DNA of 64,000 bases from Macrostomum hystrix (lineage: Eukaryota > Animalia > Platyhelminthes), in assembly GCA_950097015.1 (NCBI GenBank), contig CATNEN010000001.1, forward strand, positions 9,424,001-9,488,000, written 5' to 3'. Positions 13,501 to 24,920 of the stretch are shown here, piece by piece. The first letter of the stretch is position 1. Every line of letters starts with the position of its first letter. The notes under the pieces were generated by a model that ran no database searches, had not been told where the DNA came from, and was given only the letters and a program-made list of their open reading frames with translations. A program made the position numbers and the translations under genes.

Positions 13501-14927
13501 AACCCTCGTCAGCGTCTTCGCTTCGTCAGCGTCTCAAGTGTGAGCAGTTGACGATCGAGAACCTGTGAGGTTGTTGTCAGGGAGATGGTGTGGCATTGCA
13601 CGCCAAATTGCTGCACCAGAGCATACAGTATCTGTAGTAGGGTCAGGAGTGGATTCTCTTAGTCCTTGTTGACCAGAAATTTAACAATTTAGACATTAAG
13701 CTTGATGTTCTTATTTCAACTAGGTGGCATACACTCTCGTCTTCGTGTTACTCTTAACAAGTGTGTAAATTCTACAACAAGCCCCAGGCAAGTCTTCTCT
13801 CCGCTTGGCCTCACCGCAGAGTCGAGCTCAGGACGTTGGTGCTAGAGGCAAATGCATTAGACACAAAGAAAGGAATTGAGGTACATTTGCTGACAAAAAA
13901 GTGAAATATTATTTGTTTCGTAAGCCAGCTCACCCTACTAATCCTTGGAGCTTTTCTTTGGCGCTGTCGAAATCTATGAAAATAATTCGACGACATTGTG
14001 GTGGCCGTAGTTGTGCTGAATCTGCGAGATAAGAACGAAATATTATTTTCAAGTGTATTTGGAAGTTAAATCGACGATATTTTGTTGGAGTATATCGTTT
14101 GGATCCAATTTTTTTCTAGTTTCTAATCCCTTTCCCGTTTCCTACTATAGTTATCACTACAATCCCTCAGTTAAGATTTTTTAGCCCTAGTAGGGGGCTA
14201 AAAACACACCTGGACGATTCCGCTTCATCTTCGGAGTCAAAGAAGCTGGTGGTATCCAAATCGCTGCTCATAATCGAACCGGCCGTCTCATAAAGCTGCT
14301 GCTGCTGCTGCTGCTGCTGCTGGCTCCGATTGCGCTGCCGACCCGTCAGCAGTAGGTCGCGTCCAATATTCAGCTGCTGCTGCTGCCCGACGGGCTGTAG
14401 AGCGCTGCCATTGCGGGGTCGATGATTCGGCACGAAGGCATGGTACAGGTGCGCCAGTCGGTCCGGACGAATAAACTGCGGCTTCCGATGCTGACCTGCT
14501 AACAGGCGTCGACTAGTTGTCGATGGCTGCTGCTGCGATTGGGACGGCTGCTGCTGCTGTTGCAAACGGGACTGAGACTTTTGATGCTGCTGCTGCTGTT
14601 GCTGCTGCTGCCTCTGCTGAGTCCACGTGGCCAATGGCTGCCTGGTAATTTTGGCACTCTGCTTGTTGTTCAACTTCTGGAAGCTTGGAAACGGCTCGCT
14701 AGACTGTCGACTGTGCTCCGTGCCGTTAGCCGCAGAGCCGACTAGATTTCGGTCCGCGGCTGCGCTGCCGACGGCCCCTGTCGCATTGCTGCCACCTCCA
14801 GCTGCTCCGTTTCGATTCGAGGCAGCATTCAATCCGATAACACCTGAGGAAGCTACCTGCTGTGACGAGACGCTGTGAGATAGTGGCAGGCTTGATTGAT
14901 GATTCATGACTTCGAAATATTTTCTTT
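9301..14927 (-). CDS. dvl: Dishevelled homologue (basic region, PDZ, DEP). Exons 14927(or ATG 14907)-14210, 14021-13934, 11919-10383, 9410-9301; DIX exon(s) not found
   Basis: SSDLDTTSFFDSEDE, RASSFSSITESSLSLNIITVTLDM, FLGISIVGQ...GGIYVGSIMKGGAV (PDZ), EPVRPIDPRAW, SGLEVRDRVWLKIRIPCAFIG...IRHTVNKASFSEQCYYVF (DEP). All junctions are GT-AG and phase-compatible (2, 0, 1). The last exon ends LAHCT*. Confidence 0.93.
9631..9908 (-). mobile_element. SINE family A copy (intact tRNA head, internal deletion) in dvl intron
   Basis: Minus strand begins GGGGTGAGTGGCAGAGCGGTTACCGCGTTTGCCTCTCGCACCAAGGTCTCCGAGCTCGATTCC (A and B boxes). Confidence 0.85.
13208..13507 (+). mobile_element. SINE family A copy in dvl intron
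   Basis: GTTGGCATAGCGGTCTACCGCGTTTGCCTCTCGCACCAAGGTCCCTGAGCTCGATTCC head, followed by the family body and tail. Confidence 0.85.
13776..13862 (-). mobile_element. SINE family A 5' fragment
   Basis: GGCCTCACCGCAGAGTCGAGCTCAGGACGTTGGTGCTAGAGGCAAATGC matches the family head (reverse complement). Confidence 0.65.
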
Positions 14928-15804
14928 CTGAAATTGTCCTCAAAGTAATGTCCCTAGAACACTGAGGGGTATCTACTTACATCAAAACGCTTCTCTGAAT
15001 GTTGCTTTTCAAGCGAAGTTATTTACAAGGAATGTAGAGAAAGGCGATTGTGGTTGGTCGGCACGATTCCCAATCAAACTTGGAAGGATCGCCATCTTCC
15101 CTCTTACTTTCTCCCATTCCCCATTTTAGATCTATCCCAGCAGCCTCCGAGCACCAACCTCCTCCTCCCCTGACGGTGCCTCATCAAGAGGCTACCCCGA
15201 GAGTAATTAACAGTCAGCCAAGGGACTGCAGGGGCCGTGCTACCGTCCTGTCTGTGCAGGCAGACGAATTTCAGAAGCCACCCTACATCACCCCCTATTT
15301 GGCCTTATGGTCTACGGCTTTCTGTATCCGGGCGGAGGGCAGGGGCTACAGAAAAACTTAGGGGCAGCTTATAGAAACACCAGAAAGCACCACCGGGCTG
15401 GAAAAAATAAGTTTTTCAAGAATCAACTATAAGAAGCTTGGAAAGGCACTGCAGCTGCAACCTGTTATCGAGACGGACAGGAAAATTCCCTCGATGAAAG
15501 CGAGCTATAGAAAGCGAACTAATGAGAGGAGTCAAAAAAGCTCGACCACAATGTTTGAAATTGATTCTAACTTTGGCTACTGTAGCTGGATCAAATATAG
15601 CTCTCATAATGTAACCACTTTTTTGCATGAGAAAACTGATGGCAGAATGAGAAAAATAGTTTCAGTTTAATAAGCATTGTTTGGAAAGCAAATGTAACGA
15701 TAGCCAAGGTTCAATTTTTATTGCAATCCGATAGGGCTAAAATTGCAATGCTTGCTGCTTTGGCATCATAATATTATAACAGCTGGGCTGTTGTTCCGAT
15801 GCAC

Positions 15805-16370
15805 TGAAGATGTCAGGAAGATTTTACAGAAGGATGTCAGAAGAGTTACCACAGAGATGTCAGGAAGATTTTACAGAAGGATGTCAGAAGAGAGTTACCA
15901 TAGAGATGTCAGGAAGATTTTACAGAAGGATGTCAGAAGAGAGTTACCATAGAGATGTCAGGAAGATTTTACAGAAGGATGTCAGAAGAGTTACCACAGA
16001 GATGTCAGGAAGATTTTACAGAAGGATGTCAGAAGAGTTACCATAGAGATGTCAGGAAGATTTTACAGAAGGATGTCAGAAGAGTTACCACAGAGATGTC
16101 AGGAAGATTTTACAGAAGGATGTCAGAAGAGAGTTACCATAGAGATGTCAGGAAGATTTTACAGAAGGATGTCAGAAGAGTTACCACAGAGATGTCAGGA
16201 AGATTTTACAGAAGGATGTCAGAAGAGAGTTACCATAGAGATGTCAGGAAGATTTTACAGAAGGATGTCAGAAGAGTTACCACAGAGATGTCAGGAAGAT
16301 TTTACAGAAGGATGTCAGGATAATTACAAGAGGGATGTCAGGAGAGTTACCAGAGAGATGTCAGAACAGT
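15805..16370. repeat. Minisatellite, 47-49 bp dimer of GATGTCAGGAAGATTTTACAGAAG / GATGTCAGAAGAG(AG)TTACCA(C/T)AGA
   Basis: Directly visible. Confidence 0.95.
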
Positions 16371-17128
16371 CATCAAAATAGCGTTCTATGAGAATATCGT
16401 TTTCTGCTACTTCGATTCATCTATTAACGTACTAAAAAAGACGGTAATATTTCCTTCTGTGTCTTCGAGTTTTTTCTGCCAACTAGTTAGTTAGCAACCG
16501 AAAGAAAACTGTAGAAGCAATAAAAGAGAAGTAGGTGGACAAAAAATAGTCAATTTTCAGCTATTCTCCCACCTGCAACCCTTTCGCTGAAGTGGCATCT
16601 GTTCTGTGCGCCTCGCTACATACTGCAAGCTACATTCCATACGCCTATGCTGGACTTCAAGAATTTAAGTGTGTGTATGTGCGTTGGGGAAGGAGAGGGT
16701 ATTGGAGATGAAAATAGACAAGTGGACACTCAATCATCGCCTGCTTTTCCTGTCTGGGTCGGGGTTTACGGGCACAATCGGCCAGCCTAACGCTAACTTC
16801 CTCCGTGAAATCAGCCAATTATCCCCTCCCTGTGGTATTCAGGTGCATCCTGGAAAAACTAAGGAAACACAAGCGCTGATGTTTGAATAAAATCGATAAC
16901 TCTCTGAATATTTTTAGTTTAGTGCTGAAAAAATGTAGCACTAACCTTTTTTATTTAAGAATTCGACCATATTTTACGAAACCGTGCATCATTATAAAAG
17001 CTGTTTCTAGTTTTGTCCATCGGATATAGGCACGGAGACAAGCAAAGTATTAAATGTAATAAATTTATTATTTATTATTTAGTATTGTTTTATTTAATAA
17101 AGTAATAGTGTATAGTACATTATTTAAA

Positions 17129-17350
17129 GGGGGTTGTACCTAGTAATCAGGGCATCGGACTCATGACTTGAAGGTCCGGGGTTCGATTTCAGACTCTACT
17201 TAGCCAGGTACTTCAATCTGCTTCAGTTCACCCAGCAGTTAAATGGGTGCTAGCATTATAGCTGGGGTAACTGAGGGAGGGTGTGGCGTGCCCGCTAGTC
17301 TATGGTCCAAACAGCCGAACGCAGCCTTCAGATGCGCGCGCAAGAGCTGT
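17129..17350 (+). mobile_element. SINE family B (CORE-like) copy
   Basis: GCATCGGACTCATGACTTGAAGGTCCGGGGTTCGATT head, then CTTCAGTTCACCCAGCAGTTAAATGGGTGCTAGCATT...GAGGGTGTGGCGT...GCAGCCTTCAGATGCG, matching the reverse complement of 5870-6098. Confidence 0.8.
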
Positions 17351-17432
17351 GGGGTGTTGTCGGCTTCAAGTCTGGACCAATTGGGGCAGGTCCCGCAGGT
17401 GTAATGAATTATAAATTAAAATCATTATTACT

Positions 17433-17790
17433 ATTGTCAGGACGTTTCTGTTAGTTCTTGTCAGGACGTTTCTGTTAGTTCTTGTTAGGACGTTTCTGTT
17501 AGTTATTGTCAGGACGTTTCTGTTAGTTCTTGTTAGGACGTTTCTGTTAGTTCTTGTCAGGACGTTTCTGTTAGTTCTTGTCAGGACGATCCTGTTAGTT
17601 CTTGTTAGGACGTTTCTGTTAGTTCTTGTCAGGACGTTTCTGTTAGTTCTTGTTAGGACGTTTCTGTTAGTTCTTGTCAGGACGTTTCTGTTAGTTCTCG
17701 TCAGGACGTTTCTGTAGTATCTTGTCAGGACAGTTATGCAGGTTATTGTCAGGACAGTTCTATGAGCTCTTTTAAGAACGTTTCTGTAGA
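17433..17790. repeat. Minisatellite, 24-bp unit TTGTCAGGACGTTTCTGTTAGTTC
   Basis: Directly visible. Confidence 0.95.
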
Positions 17791-18361
17791 ATCCTGATTG
17801 TTTCTCTTTGTTACTTACTTGTTTGGATCGGTCTCTTTGTTAGTGGTTAAAGCTCAAGGCTTGCTTCGAAGCAATAGCTGCGGCTAAGCTGACGGCTGCA
17901 CATCTGTGGTTTTTGCCGTTTTGGCCATAGACAGTCATTATATAATAATTCATAGAATAAAATAATAATCCATAGAATAATTCAGTCATTGACACTGCTT
18001 CAACTTGGGCCATAGTCTATGGTCAAACATTTTTATTGCAACATTTCACCCCGTACTCAGGCGTTTACGCTCGTACGATGTACTAATTTACGAATCGGAT
18101 TCCTACTTTTAGTAGTCAGTAGTTAGTAGCTCGTAGTACAAAAAGGCGCTCTTCAACTTCAACTTTTAAAGCTATACATCTCAATATGACTACAGAGAGT
18201 AGCTATCGTTGCCTAGTTGCAGAAGGAAAATCGCTATGCAAACTATAACTTTCATTGGTTAAGGGTTCGACCAGCAGGTTTGATAATGCATGGTTCTTGA
18301 GTTTTTTTGTTTTTTTTGTTCGGAAAGAATTTAGTGTGTTTTCAAGAAGAATAGTTTGGTC

Positions 18362-20651
18362 ATGGAAAGAATACTTACTATTCTTGTGTTTTTGCTCTGT
18401 CTAATTGGCTTAAGAGGTGAGTCATAATTTTGCACTTTTTATCTGATAGACCTGAGTTTCAGCTGAGTTTAACAGAGTTTTGCCACAGTTCTACCTGATT
18501 TATTCCCCTATGACGATCTAGAAAGCAAATTACTTTTAACAGGTTATAGCGGTCAACGAGTTGCGCAAATTCAAAGTCCAACTCTCACAGTGACGCCATC
18601 AGATTGTTATCGTTATCCAACAAGATACATCAAATCTAACGGTTCGATACTATTCGAACCGATTGTCAGCACTGATGTAATCAATGTCACTTCTGATGCC
18701 TCAGTGCCAAACTGTTTAATGTTGTGCCGACTAAGAAAATGCGCCGCGGTCGTTGTCATGGAGACAAGCAGCCATTGCCAGCTGGTGATAGTGAACGATG
18801 CTTCTTCGACTCCTGGCCCAGCTGGAAGCCACATTCGGAGGCTGCTGGGCAATCAGGCCGGGGCCAAGGTGTGGAAGTTGGAAAGCTTTGAAGGCATTAT
18901 CCAGAGCAGACAAATGAATCTATCTCGCATTGTTAACAGCACCACCATTTTCGGAAGTGAGTTGGCGCAGCTGTTTCTTCAACCCTTATAATAAAAATAA
19001 GAATAAACGCTTGAGGGCTGCGGGCAATGGTACAACATTTAGCGACTCTAGACCCGCAGCCAGCGAGTAGGCAATTCTGCCCATTCCACTGACTCCTGAG
19101 CACACATGCACCCACTTAGATACCGTACGCAGGCACACGCTCAAACAGGTGTGTACACTGTCACTGTGCCTTTGACGTTGGCCCTCAAGGGCGTAAATCG
19201 CTACGACCCCAAGCTTTCTCTCCGCGGCTGCGCTTCAAATGAATGTGGCCTCGCCGCAGAATCGGGCTCAGGGACCTTGGTGCGAGAGGCAAATGCATTA
19301 ACCGCTCTGCCACTCAACCCCTCCCATTGAATACGGGAATAAGACCTAGAAGCGATAATTTCAGATAGCAGCACAGGTCGTGAGGGTTTTCAGCACAGGT
19401 GCCTCATAGAAATACCTGGCTGCTACCGCATTGAAGCAACCGGTGCTAGAGGTGGCGGATCAGTTTCAAACGGCCGGGTTGGCGGCAATGGCTCATTCAT
19501 TGCTGGCAGCTTCCTGTTGATCGCCGGGACAAAACTAACCATCATTGTGGGCCAGATGGGCAGCGCAACTACAAATCACTACGCAAGCGGCGGTGGCGGC
19601 GGCGGCAGCTTTGTCTATCAATCAACGGATAATATTCTACTCCTTGCTGCCGGCGGTGGTGGCGGAGCCTCTTCAATGTCCAATGGTAAGTCTGAAAGCT
19701 CGAAATTAATTGAAAATGGGGTTTCTGTACTCTACGAAGAGGCCACTATGAAATTTTAATGAACATTTTTGGCTGAAATTTAGATCAAACAAACGTAGTT
19801 GGCAACTAAGTATCGAGGATACATAAATCTGAAGGTAACAACTTGTTAAAAAGTTTTTTGATGAAAAATGAAAGTAAACAGTCTGTGAATGGATGTCTAT
19901 CGGCATGTTTGTTTGACAGCGGAGATTGTCCTTTTTATAGTTTCAATCAAAATCAGGAAGTTTTCTATGTTAACAGACCGCAGTTGACTGTCATTTCGTA
20001 GACACAGTTGGTCAGAGATTGAAAGTCCATAGCTCTTACAACAGGGCTAAAATCTGTCTAAGTGTTTAAAAATCTAAAGTTAAAAGTACACTTGTATTTT
20101 GATTTTTGATTATAGGCTTGCCAGGTCAATACGAATCAAATGGCGGTAATTCCTACGGCGAGAGTGCTTCAAACAAATCCATCATTATTAGCACCGGCAC
20201 GGGTGGCTACAAGGGTTCTGCCGGGTCAAACGACCCGAAAGCAACTCCTAGCGGACAAAATCACGGGGGCTGTGGCGCCGGTTGGCTTGGAAAAGTCGTC
20301 AATTCACGGCGCAGCGCCTCTGATGGCGAGCCGGGCGGAGGTCTAGCCGATGGCTGGATTGGCGGCAACTCCGGCGTTGGCAACTCCGGCGCTGGCGGCT
20401 TCGGCGGCGGCGGCGGCAGCGGCGGCTTGGCTAGCAGCGGCAGTACCGAAGATGTTCTCTGGATGGGCGCAGCTGGCGGCGGCGGTGGATTCAGCGGCGG
20501 TGGAGCTGGGTTGAACAATGTTGAAGCAGGCGGAGGCGGAGGCTCCTTCTGTGACGGCAGCGGGTGTACAGGCACTACTGCTGGCAACACGGCTGGTGAT
20601 CACGGTCGAGTTGTGCTGGGTCTTGTGGCACCGTTTGCAGATTCGTGCTAG
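18362..20651 (+). CDS. Secreted PAN/Apple-like + ALK/LTK-type glycine-rich domain protein, paralogue 1. Exons 18362-18416, 18543-18956, 19365-19685, 20116-20651
   Basis: Signal peptide MERILTILVFLLCLIGLRG. CLMLCRLRKC...CQL has PAN-type Cys spacing. PGCYRIEATGARGG...GSF.L..G.KLTIIVGQMG...GGGGGGSFV...LLAAGGGGG and GGFGGGGG...GGGGGFSGG...GGGGGSF are ALK/LTK Gly-rich signatures. All introns GT-AG, phase 1, in frame. Confidence 0.88.
19013..19322 (-). mobile_element. SINE family A, near full-length copy in intron 2 of Gly-rich paralogue 1
   Basis: tRNA head (GAGTGGCAGAGCGGTTAATGC...CCCGATTC) through the 3' stem GGCTGCGGG/CCCGCAGCC and an AT-rich tail. Confidence 0.88.
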
Positions 20652-21655
20652 AGAGAAACAGAACCGATCGGAAAACCGATTGTTCAATATCGACTCGATA
20701 GGTTGATAGCACACAATGGGAAATACTAGGACGAAAGAAGCAAGGCCTTCTAGTTAGTAACTCACAACTCGAAATGAAACCATCGTGATAGGCTACGAGC
20801 CAATTATCTACTATACTGATTTAGTATTGGTTGAAAACGAATAAAAAAGACGACACATTTCACGTGCTGTGCCATCATCCAGTTAGTATTTGTTTCACTA
20901 CAATCGACGCTGAGTTACACCGTGAGTGAACAAATACTTTTAAATTAGAAGCTAAGAATGCCAGACTCTTGCTTGATTCCTGGAAAGAAAGTTTAATTCT
21001 AGTTTTTAGCTTCCTTAATGGCGTAAGAAAATAACTAATAAATTATAATCTATTGATTACACCTGCCCCAATCGGGTCAGGTGTGCAGCCGGCGCATCTA
21101 AAGGCTGCGTTCTTCTGTTCAGTCCATGAACTGGTTGGACGCCACACCCAACCCTCAATTCTCCAAGCTTCACCGTACCGTGTGTAGCGAAAATACCAGT
21201 CCTGGCCATTCGACTTTAACAAGTCGCAGAGCTTGTTAAAGTCGAATGGAGCACAAGCTGAGCTCGTGAGAGAAAAAAGAATCCAAGAAATAAAATAAAA
21301 ATAAATTTTATCTGTTGACAGCAATAAACACCTGGTAGTGTTCCCTAATTAGCTAATTGGCCAACGTTGCACAGTTGTTTTTTTTCTCAATTTTCTCGAC
21401 AGAATTTTTTCACTTCGAAATGAAAATAATGCAAATAACAATTAAAATTTGCAGCAGCCTCACATGAAAATTGCCCGATTTTGAAGAGAATCCTAAAGGA
21501 GCCAGTTTAGAGTCCCCTCGACGCTGAAAACTCAATGCATATCAAATTTATAAAACCGCTAAGGGGCTTATGAAATACCTTTTTTCTTGATATATCGGAG
21601 TTAACCAGCGCTCTTTACGAGTACATTCATATTCGAACGATTTCATTCTTTGAAA

Positions 21656-24206
21656 ATGGTTCCACCGATTTTGCTACTTGTTTGGATTGTTTCTGTTTTC
21701 AACAATGGACTTGTTGCATTTGGTAAGAATTTGATGCCTCTGCTAGTTTTCAGGTGTCCTCAGGTAGTTTGGAATCTCGCAGGCAAAATCCTGCTTCTTT
21801 GACAGGCTCAGGCATGCAGAATCAATTGGCCTTGCGTTTCTACGTGAAATCAGCCGGACCAGTGCAACTGAATGCCTCCGGAATCAACGTGAGCTATGTG
21901 ATACAACGCCAAGCATGTTCCAGCATTGATTGCCTGGTCGACTGCAAACTCAGGTGCTGCATTGTGGCATCCTTCTTACCGAATAGCAATATCTGTCAGC
22001 TGGTTTTCGGCTTGCCGGCTGAAGCAGATCCTGCAGCTTCTCTTGCTATGGACTTCGGAGGCGACGCTATAGTTTGGAAGCCGGTAGACTTCAAGAACCT
22101 GGTTTCGCTGATCAAAGAGAGCTCCTGGGGTACCATATTTTACGAATTCAAGAGTAAGTTTAAAATAATAATAAATGCTTTCTTTGAAAAATGACCATAT
22201 TAATTTTTTGTTTATTGTAGTCAAAAGTATTTTGACTTTATTGGTTTTATTTTATCGCTAAAGCCCCCATGAAGACTGTTTAGTGGCAGAAAAAGTACTT
22301 CGTGTCATATATGTCTAAACATGTTGCTAAAGTATGTTTAGTGCCATGAAGAGAAGGAATTACTTTAGACGCTATGAAGTTCCGTATAATACTCCTCTGA
22401 GGTACCTTTGTTAAAAATATAATAGTGCTTTGAACAGGTGATGCAAGTGAGACTTCAGCATAGCTCAGACGATCGATCCAGTCATCGAACACATTTCTAT
22501 CTGCATGCTTTCAGATAGCAGCATCGGAAGCAACGGCTCAGTCCAAAAGCTGGATATCAGCATTCCAGGCTGCTACAGGATTGAAATTAGCGGAGCAAAC
22601 GGTGGCGATAATGTGGGTGCGGGAAAGCTCGGTGGCAGGGGAGCCACTGTCACTGGCCAGCTCTTCCTGCAGTGCGGCACCGAGCTGTCCATTGTTGTAG
22701 GACAATCTGGTGGATTAGCCACTCCCACTCTCTCGCCTCAGAGCCACTCTCGCGCCGGTGGCGGCGGAGGCGGAGGCAGCTTTGTGTACCGAACTGTCGA
22801 TCAGCACCTGCTGATTGCGGCTGGTGGTGGCGGAGGTGCTACGAGGTACTTAAATGGTGAGTTTCTATTTATCAATTAAGAACTGCAGGGGCAGAAAATG
22901 TAAAAAAATTCAAATGGCCTACTAACAGTAGAGATACGAGTATTAGCTTGCGTATCGTAGCCTGACGCGTCCGAACCTCCCACCAAGGTCACTTAGTGCG
23001 ACGCCGCGGTGAGACTAAATCCAGGAGATTTCTTGAGGTTTTCACAAGTTTTTAGGCTTGTAATGAAATTTATACCTATATGGACCAACAACCAAGGCTC
23101 ATTGATATTAACACGACCTTATGATGAAGAATTGTACACACCTGTGTACATGAACTTGTGCGTGTGTGAGCTCAGGCCAGTCGACTGTCACTTTGGATAG
23201 TTTTAGCGACATAGTTGTGCCACGTATAACTATTAGGATTTCAAAGATTTTTTTCGATATATGGGAAGCTTCGGTTACAGGCTGTGGTTACAGCTCTGGA
23301 CTCCTGACCGACGGAGTTCAAATATAAAAATAGAAAACGGACTTGTCCTTCGGTCTCATAGTATAATAATAGTATAATAATAACAGTGGCAGTAGGGCTG
23401 TGAGCTACACTCTATGGGCTGGTACACCATATGGTGCCTCTAGTCCAGCAGCTAGCGAGGACGCAAAGCTGCCCTTCTGAGCACGCACTCACACAGGTGT
23501 GTGCATCCGCCCTGACTCATCGTCAAGCAGTGTACACTTTCACTGTGCCTTGGACCTTAGGACATGCGTAAATTGCAAGACAAGCCTCCAAATCGCCGCG
23601 GAATCGAGCTCAGGTACCTTGGTGATTTGGGGTGCAGCCCGCGGGGAAGAGGCTTCGGGTTTCGGTCTCACCTACAGATATTGAACAATTACCATTTCAG
23701 GCGAACCTGGCAATGCTGCTCCATCTGGTAGTGGTTCAAATGGGATTTGGGTAGCTGCCGATAGGGGCATTGGAGGCACAGGTGGTCAGCCGGGTTACAA
23801 CAACCCGAGGGCCGCCGCACCCAGATATAACCACGGTGGCTGCGGCGCCGGCTGGCTGGGCAAGCCCAAGTTCCCGCGTCTTCGAAGGACCGACGGAGAT
23901 AGCGGCGGTGGCCTGAAGGACGGCTGGATCGGCGGTGAGGCCGGAGCCGGCGGCACCGGCTTCGGCGGCTTCGGAGGAGGCGGCGGCGGCGGCGGCGGTT
24001 CCACGCCAATCGACGTATCGGCCGGTGGAGGCGGAGGCTTCAGCGGTGGCGGGGCCGGTCAGTCTGGCGAGCACGGTGGAGGCGGCGGCGGTTCGTTCTG
24101 CGGCACCGTCATCGGTTGCAACGCCACGAAAGGCGGCAACGCGGCGGGCAAGCACGGTCGAGTAGCGCTGCAGCTTCTCGCTGCGTTTGCCGACTGTAGC
24201 GAGTGA
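21656..24206 (+). CDS. Secreted PAN/Apple-like + ALK/LTK-type glycine-rich domain protein, paralogue 2. Exons 21656-21722, 21764-22153, 22515-22856, 23701-24206
   Basis: Signal peptide MVPPILLLVWIVSVFNNGLVAFG; CLVDCKLRCC...CQL; PGCYRIEISGANGG...LSIVVGQSG...GGGGGGGSFV. The last exon (missed by the ORF track) reads GEPGNAAP...NHGGCGAGWLG...GWIGG...GGSFC...HGRVALQLLAAFADCSE*. Same exon layout and phases as paralogue 1. Confidence 0.88.
23394..23625 (-). mobile_element. Degenerate SINE family A copy in intron 3 of paralogue 2
   Basis: Colinear but diverged: CAGCAGCTAGCGAGG...CACAGGTGTG...CGCCGCGGAATCGAGCTCAGGTACCTTGGTG. Confidence 0.75.
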
Positions 24207-24599
24207 AGAGACGAGATTAGTAGTCTCGTCTGTAGAACTTGATACCTTATTTTACAGAAGATCTGGCAAAAGCTCATTTTACGAGCGTAGTAAAACGTTT
24301 CACCTGGCGATAGTCGATAGTCGATCGAACCGCAGCCAGCGAGGAGGCATCCAGCTGACGACTGAGCACAGACTCACAGACGCGTGTTTATTTGCCCCTT
24401 AGGCGTCAAATATGTGGGTTTGAGTTAACCGAGTTACAGTGCTTAAGCTTGAACCGGGAAAATGTCATCTGTCTCACAATGTCAGCTGCCAGTTGTTAAT
24501 GAAGTGCATCGTCAACTGTTTTGGACAAGTAAAAATATTCTTTGTTAACGCCATAACGTCATATATGAAACACCACGGGATTTGTAAGCATTATAATAA

Positions 24600-24920
24600 T
24601 TGGCTGCGGGGAAAGGCACACCATTTGGTGACACTAGACCCGCAGCCAGCGAGGAGGCAATTCTGCCCATTCCGCTGACTCCTGAGCACACACACACAGA
24701 TACTGTACGCAGGCATACGCTCACACAGGTGTGTACATCTGCCCTGAATTTTTCATCTTCAGGCTCTGTACACTCTCACTGTGCCTTGGAGGTTGGCCCT
24801 CATTGGCGTAAAGTGCATGAAAAGCCCCTCAAGCCTTCTCCCCACAACTGCGCACCAAATGAATGCGGCCTCGCCGCGGAATCGAGCTCAGGGACCTTGG
24901 TGCGAGAGGCAAACGCGTTA
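24600..24920 (-). mobile_element. SINE family A copy
   Basis: Well-conserved body and tail. An additional short fragment lies at ~24328-24385. Confidence 0.88.

Noticed and set aside
15050-16890. GC-richer patches upstream of dvl as DIX exons
   Set aside because: The minus-strand translations I checked show no DIX motifs.
23689-24277. Pro/Ala/Arg-rich ORFs overlapping the Gly-rich exons (also 20261-20714) and antisense ORFs over dvl and robo
   Set aside because: Shadow frames of GC-rich coding exons.
24645-24660. GCCUCCUCGCUGGC in the SINE A tail (minus strand), identical to the P3/L3 of the genomic HDV ribozyme
   Set aside because: No upstream P1 partner, no P1.1 GG after a 7-bp P1, and no convincing J4/2-P2; the bases instead fit a simple terminal stem. 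A descriptor search (RNArobo) or cleavage assay would be needed to revive it.
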